A DNA stretch of 39,674 nt from Verrucomicrobiota bacterium (GTDB lineage Bacteria > Verrucomicrobiota > Verrucomicrobiia > Chthoniobacterales > Chthoniobacteraceae): NCBI GenBank assembly GCA_037141555.1, contig JBAXCI010000001.1:1-39674 (forward strand), read 5' to 3'. The notes under the pieces are model-generated. The model did no database searches and was not told the DNA's origin. It saw only the letters and a list, made by a program, of their open reading frames with translations. The position numbers and the translations under genes were made by a program. Below are positions 32,895 through 39,674 of this stretch, in pieces. Positions within the stretch are counted from its first letter, which is position 1; every line of letters begins with the position of its first letter.

Positions 32895-33404
32895 TTAAAA
32901 CACGGGCAACTTCAAAGAAAGGGCGAAATAGAACGCCACGAGGAAAGCGACAATGGCGATGCCTCCCGTGACCAAGGCCGCTGTTTTCACCGTATCGGTT
33001 TTTGCGGCTTTGCGGGCGAACGGAGAAGCGTTCCCGAAATCGCTGGGACGCTGGCTCTGGCCCGCAGGCACCGGGAGCGTCTCCTCGCGGGGAGGCAGCG
33101 GCTGGGCGGGGCCTTTCACGTCGGGTTCATAGACCCCTTCCACACTTCCAAACCGGATGCGGTCTCCAGGGCACAGCTTGGCTTCGTTGACCGGCTTGCC
33201 GTTGACCCGAATCCCATTGGTGGAGCCGAGGTCCCGAAGGACATACTCGCCGCCGCTCAGGACGAACTCGGCGTGTTGAACGGAGACGCTGGCGTCGTTG
33301 ATATGTATGGCGCTTTCGTCTGTTCGACCGACGGAAAGTTTGGCTTCCGTCAACTCGTGAACGACTTCGCCGACATCCGGGAGGAAAATGACAAGCTTGG
33401 ACAT
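32895..33404 (-). CDS. FHA domain protein with a C-terminal TM anchor
   Basis: LSVGRTDESAIHINDASVSVQHAEFVLSGGEYVLRDLGSTNGIRVNGKPV, and a C-terminal hydrophobic helix AALVTGGIAIVAFLVAFYFAL. Confidence 0.82.
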   Translation of the reverse strand: MSKLVIFLPDVGEVVHELTEAKLSVGRTDESAIHINDASVSVQHAEFVLSGGEYVLRDLGSTNGIRVNGKPVNEAKLCPGDRIRFGSVEGVYEPDVKGPAQPLPPREETLPVPAGQSQRPSDFGNASPFARKAAKTDTVKTAALVTGGIAIVAFLVAFYFALSLKLPVF

Positions 33405-33424
33405 GGGGAGAAGGCAGGAATGTA

Positions 33425-34603
33425 TCAGGCGTTGCGGCTCTCTTCAATGAGTTTGCTGAACTCACCGAAAAAGTAGTCCGCGTCGTGCGGTCCGGGCGCC
33501 GCTTCCGGGTGGTATTGCACGCTGAAAATCGGCATCTCGGTGTGCCGCATCCCCTCGACGGTGCCGTCGTTGAGGTTGAGGTGGGTGACCTTGACGTTGG
33601 AGGGCAGCGTGTCGGGGTCGGTGGCGAAATTGTGGTTCTGCGAGGTGATGGCGACCCGGCCGGTCTCCAAATCCTTCACAGGCTGGTTGCCGCCGTGGTG
33701 GCCGAACTTCAATTTGAAGGTTCTGCCGCCGAACGCGTAGCTCAGGAGCTGGTGCCCGAGGCAGATGCCGAAGATCGGCTTGCGCCCCATCAGGTCTTTC
33801 ACGATGGTGTGAATGTAATCCAGCGCGGCGGGATCGCCGGGGCCGTTGGAAAGGAAAATGCCGTCGGGATTAAGCGCGAGCGCCTCGCTGGCCGGGGTGG
33901 ACGCAGGGACCACCGTCACCTGGAAGCCTGCCTGCCGGAGCTGGCGCAGGATGTTGAACTTGATGCCGAAATCGTAAGCCACCACGCGGTGTTTCACCAG
34001 CGGCAGCGCCTCGTAAATCTCGCCGTCCTCTTCGCGCACGGTTCCGCTGCCGTCGCCCTTGAGGATCGTCCACTTGCGCGAAAGCGTCCCCTCGGGGTCC
34101 CAGTCGTAGGCTCCCTTGGCGGTGACTTCCTTCACGAAATCCATCCCGACCACTCCGGAACCGCCCTTGGCGCGTTCGATCACGTCGGCCACGGAGAGAG
34201 CCGGGTCGCTGGAAAGGCAGCACTTCATGGCCCCTTTGACGCGCAGATGGCGGGTCAAAGCGCGGGTGTCGATCCCCTGGATGCCGGGGATGTTCCAGCT
34301 CGCGAGGTATTCGCCCAAGCCCATGTGCGAGCGCCAGTTGCTCGTGAGCGGGCTGAGTTCTTCGATGATGAAGCCGCGCACATGCGGCTGCAAGCTCTCC
34401 TGGTCCAGCGGGTTAACGCCGTAGTTTCCGATCAAAGGACAGGTCATGGCCACCATCTGTCCACGGTAGGACGGATCGGTGACCACCTCTTGGTAGCCGG
34501 TCATCGAGGTATTAAAAACCACTTCACCCACGCTCGTTCCGGTTGCCCCGAACGACTCACCCTCGAAAAAACGGCCGTCTTCTAAAGCCAAAATCGCACG
34601 CAT
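33425..34603 (-). CDS. carA: Carbamoyl-phosphate synthase small (glutaminase) subunit
   Basis: [20 protein letters not shown]..., catalytic [10 protein letters not shown], and VQYHPEA. Confidence 0.96.
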   Translation of the reverse strand: MRAILALEDGRFFEGESFGATGTSVGEVVFNTSMTGYQEVVTDPSYRGQMVAMTCPLIGNYGVNPLDQESLQPHVRGFIIEELSPLTSNWRSHMGLGEYLASWNIPGIQGIDTRALTRHLRVKGAMKCCLSSDPALSVADVIERAKGGSGVVGMDFVKEVTAKGAYDWDPEGTLSRKWTILKGDGSGTVREEDGEIYEALPLVKHRVVAYDFGIKFNILRQLRQAGFQVTVVPASTPASEALALNPDGIFLSNGPGDPAALDYIHTIVKDLMGRKPIFGICLGHQLLSYAFGGRTFKLKFGHHGGNQPVKDLETGRVAITSQNHNFATDPDTLPSNVKVTHLNLNDGTVEGMRHTEMPIFSVQYHPEAAPGPHDADYFFGEFSKLIEESRNA

Positions 34604-34655
34604 TGCGGGGGAAGGTAGTTCGACAACGGCTCGGGGAAAAGCGGAAAATGGGGGG

Positions 34656-34688
34656 AATTGCTAATTGCTAATTTTCGATGGCTAATTT
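34656..34688. repeat. Direct GCTAATT heptamer repeats in the carA/rph divergent region
   Basis: GCTAATT at 34660-34666, 34667-34673 and 34681-34687, just upstream of the rph RBS (ggaaggag) and 53 nt upstream of the carA ATG on the other strand. Confidence 0.7.
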
Positions 34689-34700
34689 ACGGAAGGAGCC

Positions 34701-35474
34701 ATGACCACTCCGAACAGCCCCTTCGCCGCGCTCCGCAACGACAGCCGCCAGACCGATCAACTCCGGCCACTCTCGTTCACCCCCCATTTCGCCCCCCATG
34801 CCACCGGCTCCGTGCTGGTGGCCGCTGGCAACACGCGGGTCATCTGCTCGGCGTCGATCCAACCCGAGGTGCCGCGCTGGATGAAAGAGCAACGCGTGCC
34901 GGGCGGCTGGCTCACCGCCGAGTATTCCATGCTCCCCTACTCCACCCTCGACCGCAAACCGCGCGACATCTCCAAAGGCAAGCTCGATGGCCGTTCTTCG
35001 GAGATCCAGCGCCTCATCGGCCGGGCGTTGCGCGCGGCAATTGACCTGAGGGCGCTGGGACAAAACACGCTTTGGGTCGATTGCGACGTGCTGCAAGCCG
35101 ACGGCGGCACCCGCACCGCCTCGATCACCGGGGCCTGCGTGGCGAGCGCTTTGGCGTTTGAAAAGCTCATCCGGGCAGGCAAGCTCGCCAAATCGCCGCT
35201 CAAATCGCTCGTGGCCGCCATCAGCGTCGGCGTCGTGGACGGCGTCCCGATGCTCGACCTGAACTACTGCGAGGACAAAGACGCCTCCGTGGATATGAAC
35301 CTCGTCATGACGGAGGAACTCGCCTTCGTGGAACTCCAGGGCTCCGGCGAAGAAGCGGTCTTCAGCGACGCCGAACTGGCTTCGATGCTTACTCTGGGCC
35401 GCAAGGGCATCCGCGAACTGCTCACCGCCCAGCGCGCCGCGATCCAGGCCGGAATCGAGACGCTTTGCGCCTAA
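34701..35474 (+). CDS. rph: Ribonuclease PH
   Basis: GSVLVAAGNTRVICSAS, DGRSSEIQRLIGRALR and DGGTRTASITGA. Confidence 0.95.
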   Translation: MTTPNSPFAALRNDSRQTDQLRPLSFTPHFAPHATGSVLVAAGNTRVICSASIQPEVPRWMKEQRVPGGWLTAEYSMLPYSTLDRKPRDISKGKLDGRSSEIQRLIGRALRAAIDLRALGQNTLWVDCDVLQADGGTRTASITGACVASALAFEKLIRAGKLAKSPLKSLVAAISVGVVDGVPMLDLNYCEDKDASVDMNLVMTEELAFVELQGSGEEAVFSDAELASMLTLGRKGIRELLTAQRAAIQAGIETLCA

Positions 35475-35493
35475 GAAAGCCCTGAATGAAGAT

Positions 35494-35558
35494 GATCAGG
35501 AACTCAGCAAGGCAGGAATAAAGACCGAGATTCCTCTGTTTTTCCTGAGTTCCTGATC
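35494..35558. repeat. 65-bp palindromic CAGGAA-family element after rph
   Basis: A perfect 14-bp inverted repeat: GATCAGGAACTCAG (35494-35507) and CTGAGTTCCTGATC (35545-35558). An inner aggaat/attcct pair is also present. It starts 20 nt after the rph stop. Confidence 0.85.
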
Positions 35559-35653
35559 GTCTTTTCCGCGTCTATTGACCGAATTCTCTAAAAACGACTT
35601 GACCGTTTGCCCGTTAGCGGACAGTTTTAGCGCCCTTTTAGAGGAAAACAGCT

Positions 35654-35917
35654 ATGTCAAAGATTTGCACCATCACTGGAGTCGGCGTTACCCGCGGCAG
35701 CATCATCCACCGCCGCGGTATGGCCAAAAAGAAAGGCGGCGTCGGACGTCACGTTACCAAGAACGTGCCGCGCACCTTCACACCCAACTTAAAAACCAAG
35801 CGCCTCTGGGTGCCGGAGCTCGATTCCTTCGTCGTGATCAAGCTTTCCGCCCGCGCGTTGAAGACCTGCACGAAGAACGGCGCTTTCGCGACCTTGCGCA
35901 AAGCCGGCCTCCTCTAG
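35654..35917 (+). CDS. rpmB: 50S ribosomal protein L28
   Basis: MSKICTITGVGVTRGSIIHRRGMAKKKGGVGRHVTKNVPRTFTPNL matches the L28 pattern. Confidence 0.93.
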   Translation: MSKICTITGVGVTRGSIIHRRGMAKKKGGVGRHVTKNVPRTFTPNLKTKRLWVPELDSFVVIKLSARALKTCTKNGAFATLRKAGLL

Positions 35918-35954
35918 GCGCTTCGTCCAACCCAATTCCCATCGCACTCAGATT

Positions 35955-36164
35955 ATGGCTTACAGCGTAAAAAGCGTAAAAAGCGGCAAAGAATATTTTC
36001 TTCACGAGCGCAAGCAGCAACTCAAGGGCGGTCAGCAAGTGACCCTTTACTACTTCGCCGGCGTTGCCGGGGAAGCCGCCATCAACCAACTTCCCACAGG
36101 CTACGAAGTTTCGGAAAACAAAAATACCGGGCTCCCTCTCTTGAAAAAGAAGGTGCAGAAGTAA
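35955..36164 (+). CDS. Small conserved-looking hypothetical protein, apparently co-transcribed with rpmB
   Basis: 69 aa (MAYSVKSVKSGKEYFLHERKQQLKGGQQVTLYYFAGV...LPTGYEVSENKNTGLPLLKKK). It starts 37 nt after rpmB and is followed by a strong terminator. Confidence 0.55.
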   Translation: MAYSVKSVKSGKEYFLHERKQQLKGGQQVTLYYFAGVAGEAAINQLPTGYEVSENKNTGLPLLKKKVQK

Positions 36165-36193
36165 TCCTGCTTCCAACGGATTTCCTTTTCAAA

Positions 36194-36219
36194 GGCGGCT
36201 CTTCGGAGCCGCCTTTTTT
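36194..36219 (+). terminator. Intrinsic terminator of the rpmB operon
   Basis: Stem ggcggctc, loop ttcg, stem gagccgcc, followed by TTTTTT. Confidence 0.85.
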
Positions 36220-36256
36220 GTGCCAAAAACGGGACGGCACGGAGTGCCATCCCTAC

Positions 36257-37600
36257 CTACCCGTATCTCAACGCCTCGATCGGGTCGAGCGTGGAGGCCT
36301 TCCACGCGGGATAGAGCCCCGAGAGAATCCCGATTCCCACGGCGAAACCAAAGGAAACCAGGACCGCCGAGGAGGTGATGATCGGCGCGTTCTCGGTGGG
36401 CGATATCAGGATGAGCAACTGGATCATCCCCCCGGCCGCCGCGAGCCCCAGGAGCCCGCCGATGAAGCCGATGACGCCGCTTTCCACGACGATTTGAATG
36501 AAAATATCCCGCTGGCGCGCGCCGATCGCCCGCCGCACGCCGATTTCCCGGATGCGCTCGGTAATGCTCGCCAACATGATGTTGGTGATGCCAATGCCTC
36601 CCACGAGCAAGCTGATCCCCGCAATAAAGCTGCCGCTCAAGCGGGTCGCCCGCACGCTCGACTCGATGCTGTCAAACCACTCCTCGCGCGTGTCGAAACC
36701 GAAGTCGTCGATGCCCCTATGCGTCCGGATCAGCACCGCGCGCACTTGGTTGAGCGCTTCTTCAAACAGCGACAGGTCTGCGACGCGCACCGAAAGCCGG
36801 TCAATCCTCCGGTTGGCGCTCGCATCGGCATTCGCTGCGCTTCGGAAATCGAAAAAGAGTGTCGAGGAAGGAATGATAATGGCGTGATTTTTCTGCCAAT
36901 AAGGGTCGTACCTGTTGGCCTTGGCCTTCTTTTTACCGACCCGCCGAATCCGCCGCTCGTCTTGCGCCGCGTGAACTCCCGCCTCCCGTTTGCGCTTGGT
37001 TGAGTCGCTTTCACAAATGGCAAATGTGCCGATGATGCGGTAGGGCACGCCGTTGATCCGAACCGTTTCGCCCAACGGAACATATTCCGGACTCTCCGGC
37101 CAAAGCTCTTCGGCAACGCTTGCCCCGATCACCACCACCCGGCTCACGCGGTCGACATCTGCTTGTCCAATCATCCGCCCGGCATCGATCTCAAATTTCC
37201 CGATTTCCTTGAACTCCGGGCAAACTCCCGAAACACTGAGGCGAATGGTTTTGTTGGAGCGGCTGATCGCGGTATTACCCATGACCAGCTCCGGCGAAAC
37301 GAGATCGATCAAGGGAGCACCCTTGCGCAAGGCGTCCATGTCGTCCATGGTGCGGCCCGGCGAGAGAAAGGCCAAATCCTGAAGTTCCTCGGAGGGGTCT
37401 TTGTTGTTGATTTCCACCCGTTCGACGCCGCCTGTCGCGGCCAGCATTTCCCTCATTCCCTGCGCGATCCCCTCGGTGAGGGCGAACATCGCCAGCAAGC
37501 TCGCCACACCCAGGATGATGCCGAGCATCGTCAGAAAACTCCGGAATTTGTGGGCTCCGATTTCCTTGAGGCCGATGAGAAGTCCAAACCAAAAGTTCAT
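36257..37600 (-). CDS. ABC transporter permease (MacB/FtsX family)
   Basis: An N-terminal TM helix, a large periplasmic domain, and a C-terminal FtsX-type 3-TM bundle (ERIREIGVRRAIGARQRDIF...). Its ATG overlaps the ATPase stop (ATGA). Confidence 0.9.
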   Translation of the reverse strand: MNFWFGLLIGLKEIGAHKFRSFLTMLGIILGVASLLAMFALTEGIAQGMREMLAATGGVERVEINNKDPSEELQDLAFLSPGRTMDDMDALRKGAPLIDLVSPELVMGNTAISRSNKTIRLSVSGVCPEFKEIGKFEIDAGRMIGQADVDRVSRVVVIGASVAEELWPESPEYVPLGETVRINGVPYRIIGTFAICESDSTKRKREAGVHAAQDERRIRRVGKKKAKANRYDPYWQKNHAIIIPSSTLFFDFRSAANADASANRRIDRLSVRVADLSLFEEALNQVRAVLIRTHRGIDDFGFDTREEWFDSIESSVRATRLSGSFIAGISLLVGGIGITNIMLASITERIREIGVRRAIGARQRDIFIQIVVESGVIGFIGGLLGLAAAGGMIQLLILISPTENAPIITSSAVLVSFGFAVGIGILSGLYPAWKASTLDPIEALRYG

Positions 37601-38331
37601 AACGTGGCGGGCTGCGTTGAAGATGGCGCGAGGGGTGCCGTGTTGGAGACCTGCGCTTCGACGCCGATGCGAATGCGACCGTCGCGCATCTCGATGCGGC
37701 GGGGCAGGCGGGCGGCAATGGTATTATCGTGAGTGACGATTACGATGGTGCGCCCACTCGCCGCCAATTCGCGAAACAGCGTCAGAATCGCCTCGCCGGT
37801 GTGCGAATCGAGGTTGCCGGTCGGCTCGTCGGCAAAAACGATTTTTGGGTTGTTCACGATAGCCCGCGCAATCGCGACGCGCTGGCATTGGCCGCCGCTC
37901 AACTGGAGCGGAGTGTTGTGGATGCGATTGGTGAGCCCGACGCGTTCGATGGCTTCCATCGCCCGCTCGCGGCGCACTTTCGCATTTACTCCGGCATAAA
38001 CCATCGGCAGTTCAACATTGCGGAGCACGTCAAATTTCGGCAGCAAATTGAAAGACTGAAAGACGAAGCCGATCTTCGAGTTGCGCATCGCCGAGAGCTG
38101 GTTGTTGCTGGCTCGCGAGATGTCGACGCCGTCAATGACCAGTCGCCCGCTGGTGGGGGTGTCGAGGCAGCCGAGCAGATGCATCAAGGTCGATTTCCCC
38201 GAACCGCTGGGCCCGATGATCGCAAGGAATTCACCCGCTTCAATGGAAAGCGTCACGCCGTCGAGCGCCGCGATCTCTTGATCGCCTACGCGGTAGGTTT
38301 TTCGAATATCGTAGAGTTCAACGAGGGCCAT
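37597..38331 (-). CDS. ABC transporter ATP-binding protein (MacB/LolD-like)
   Basis: Walker A GPSGSGKST, signature LSGGQCQRVAIARA, and Walker B IVFADEPTGNLD. Confidence 0.93.
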   Translation of the reverse strand: MALVELYDIRKTYRVGDQEIAALDGVTLSIEAGEFLAIIGPSGSGKSTLMHLLGCLDTPTSGRLVIDGVDISRASNNQLSAMRNSKIGFVFQSFNLLPKFDVLRNVELPMVYAGVNAKVRRERAMEAIERVGLTNRIHNTPLQLSGGQCQRVAIARAIVNNPKIVFADEPTGNLDSHTGEAILTLFRELAASGRTIVIVTHDNTIAARLPRRIEMRDGRIRIGVEAQVSNTAPLAPSSTQPATL

Positions 38332-38384
38332 TGGGGGGAAAGATAATAGAACGAGAGAGACGATAGAGGGAGAGGGGCGGGCGG

Positions 38385-39491
38385 CTACGATTTCTTTCCC
38401 AGCACGCGCGGCTCGACGGAGAGAATTTTGTCCCCGAGCTGCAAGCCCTTTTTGATTTCAATAAAGTCGAGCCCTGCGACTCCCAACACCACCTCGCGCG
38501 CCACCGGCTTGTTGTCTTCCAGCACGTAGACCACCCGGCGTTCGTTTGCCCCGCGAAACACGGTGGCGATGGGAACCGTCACGGCCTGATCCACATGCGC
38601 TATGGGAACGGTCATGTTGACCATCATCCCAGGCCGCAGCCGGGGGCTCGGTTTCAAAATGGCTGCCTGGACCTGGAAGCCTTTGACGCCGTTCTTAACG
38701 GTTGCCACCGGCGCGATAAAAGAAACCCGGCCTTCCATGGTCTCCTGCTTTACGGATTCCATCGTCAGTTTCACCATCTGCTTGAGTTGCAGCATGGCCA
38801 CATCGACCTGGTTGATGTTGGTGGTGACGAGCAGTTTGGACAAATCGGCCACGATCATCAAGGTGGTCCCGGAGTTGACGCTCGCCGCAGACACCACCAC
38901 CTGCCCCTCGATCACCAGCACCTGCAACACCGTCCCGTCCGAAGGCGCGATAATCCGCGCTTTGCTGATCTGATCGACCACGGTTTGGAGTTTGCGCTGG
39001 GATTTGGCCAGTTCGTTTTTCTGAATCGCGAGTTCGCTTTCCAGGTTATCGAACGCCTCTTTGGTAATCAGCTTGGCCTTAAAAAGTTCCCGCCCCCGGT
39101 TGAAATGGTCTTGGGCGCGTTTCACCAACAACTGCCCGCCGTCGATCTCCGCCATGACGCTGGCCTTCTGGTTTTGCAAATCGGTGTCGTCGATCTCGCA
39201 AAGGGCTTCCCCCGCCTTCACTGTCTGCCCCGGCTCCACATGCAGCGCTTTGACTTTGCCCCCGACCTCCGACTTCACTTCGAGCTGAAATTCCGGGGCG
39301 ACGTCCCCGGCCACGTCGATCGAGTAATCGACGTCGCGGCATTCCGCTGTCGTTACATATTTCTCTGGGATTTCCTGAACGCGAGGCGCAGTCATCCGCC
39401 TCCAATACGAGCCAACGGATTTGCTGCCTGTGGCGAACCAGAGAGCGAGGAGAATGAGGGGAATGAGGGAGAACGCGAAAACCTTCTTCAT
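38385..39491 (-). CDS. Efflux transporter periplasmic adaptor (HlyD/MacA family)
   Basis: N-terminal anchor, a lipoyl/barrel-sandwich segment (GGKVKALHVEPGQTVKAGEALCEID), a coiled-coil hairpin, and a beta-barrel. It is the first gene of the three-gene efflux operon. Confidence 0.88.
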   Translation of the reverse strand: MKKVFAFSLIPLILLALWFATGSKSVGSYWRRMTAPRVQEIPEKYVTTAECRDVDYSIDVAGDVAPEFQLEVKSEVGGKVKALHVEPGQTVKAGEALCEIDDTDLQNQKASVMAEIDGGQLLVKRAQDHFNRGRELFKAKLITKEAFDNLESELAIQKNELAKSQRKLQTVVDQISKARIIAPSDGTVLQVLVIEGQVVVSAASVNSGTTLMIVADLSKLLVTTNINQVDVAMLQLKQMVKLTMESVKQETMEGRVSFIAPVATVKNGVKGFQVQAAILKPSPRLRPGMMVNMTVPIAHVDQAVTVPIATVFRGANERRVVYVLEDNKPVAREVVLGVAGLDFIEIKKGLQLGDKILSVEPRVLGKKS

Positions 39492-39572
39492 TGAGACAAC
39501 TTAAAGCATACTCTCGGGAAAAGTGGCAGCAAAAGATAGGAGAAACTCGGTTTTGTTTTCACCCCTCGCCGA

Positions 39573-39674
39573 TCACCCCAACTGCTCCAAAAATCCCTTA
39601 TAAAACCCCACTCCTCTGTTGAGTTCCTCAATCGACATCCATTCATCGTTGGTGTGCGCTTGGGCAATGGAACC
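39573..39674 (-). CDS. C-terminal fragment of an M20-family peptidase/deacylase (ArgE/DapE-like); the 5' part lies outside the window
   Basis: The minus strand is open from the window edge: GSIAQAHTNDEWMSIEELNRGVGFYKGFLEQLG, then a stop at 39575-39573. AHTxDE near the C-terminus is typical of M20 enzymes. Confidence 0.55.
   Translation of the reverse strand, partial: GSIAQAHTNDEWMSIEELNRGVGFYKGFLEQLG

Noticed and set aside
1-39674. tRNA, rRNA, tmRNA, RNase P RNA or known riboswitches
   Set aside because: Visual scanning of all intergenic regions over 60 bp found no tRNA-like T-arm/acceptor patterns or recognisable riboswitch cores. This is a by-eye negative and should be confirmed with tRNAscan-SE and Infernal/Rfam.

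Overview
This is a 39.7-kb, GC-rich (roughly 60%), gene-dense chromosomal segment. Gene content and protein signatures look like a PVC-group bacterium, possibly Verrucomicrobiota; that is inference and was not verified. Most genes are housekeeping: gyrB (3' part) and gyrA, purB, kdgK, kdsA-lptC-lptA-lptB-hpf-hprK-ptsH, tadA, rplS-rnhB-yraN, glyQS, ispA, rho, carA, rph, rpmB, and a MacAB-type efflux operon. I found no rRNA, tRNA, CRISPR array or transposase.

The main result is a 58-aa ORF on the minus strand (10733..10909), below the 60-aa cut-off of the supplied ORF track. It lies immediately upstream of, and overlaps by ATGA, a bacterial 20S proteasome beta/alpha gene pair (prcB-prcA). The protein ends ...DLLKRMRRVDPDQSKRYRQRTGE. 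That is the architecture of the Pup-like modifier UBact, so the window carries a compact UBact-prcB-prcA module with no Mpa, Dop or PafA gene nearby.

The second result is a set of intergenic palindromic elements. Each is built from 2-3 tandem copies of a 7-9 bp unit placed in inverted orientation. The units are CAGGAAnT (three loci), ATTAAGAAG, GCAAAGA and GCTAATT. One element sits next to a low-GC GxxExxY (PD-(D/E)XK) gene that splits gyrB from gyrA.

Smaller observations:
- a histone-H1-like protein with two tandem winged-helix-like repeats
- Rho with a roughly 236-aa K/A/P- and RGG-rich N-terminal extension
- an FmdB-like protein that has lost all four zinc-ribbon cysteines
- an orphan RHH gene in a small low-GC patch
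- an atypical GyrA QRDR

The long ORFs antisense to real genes are GC-driven shadows and were rejected.
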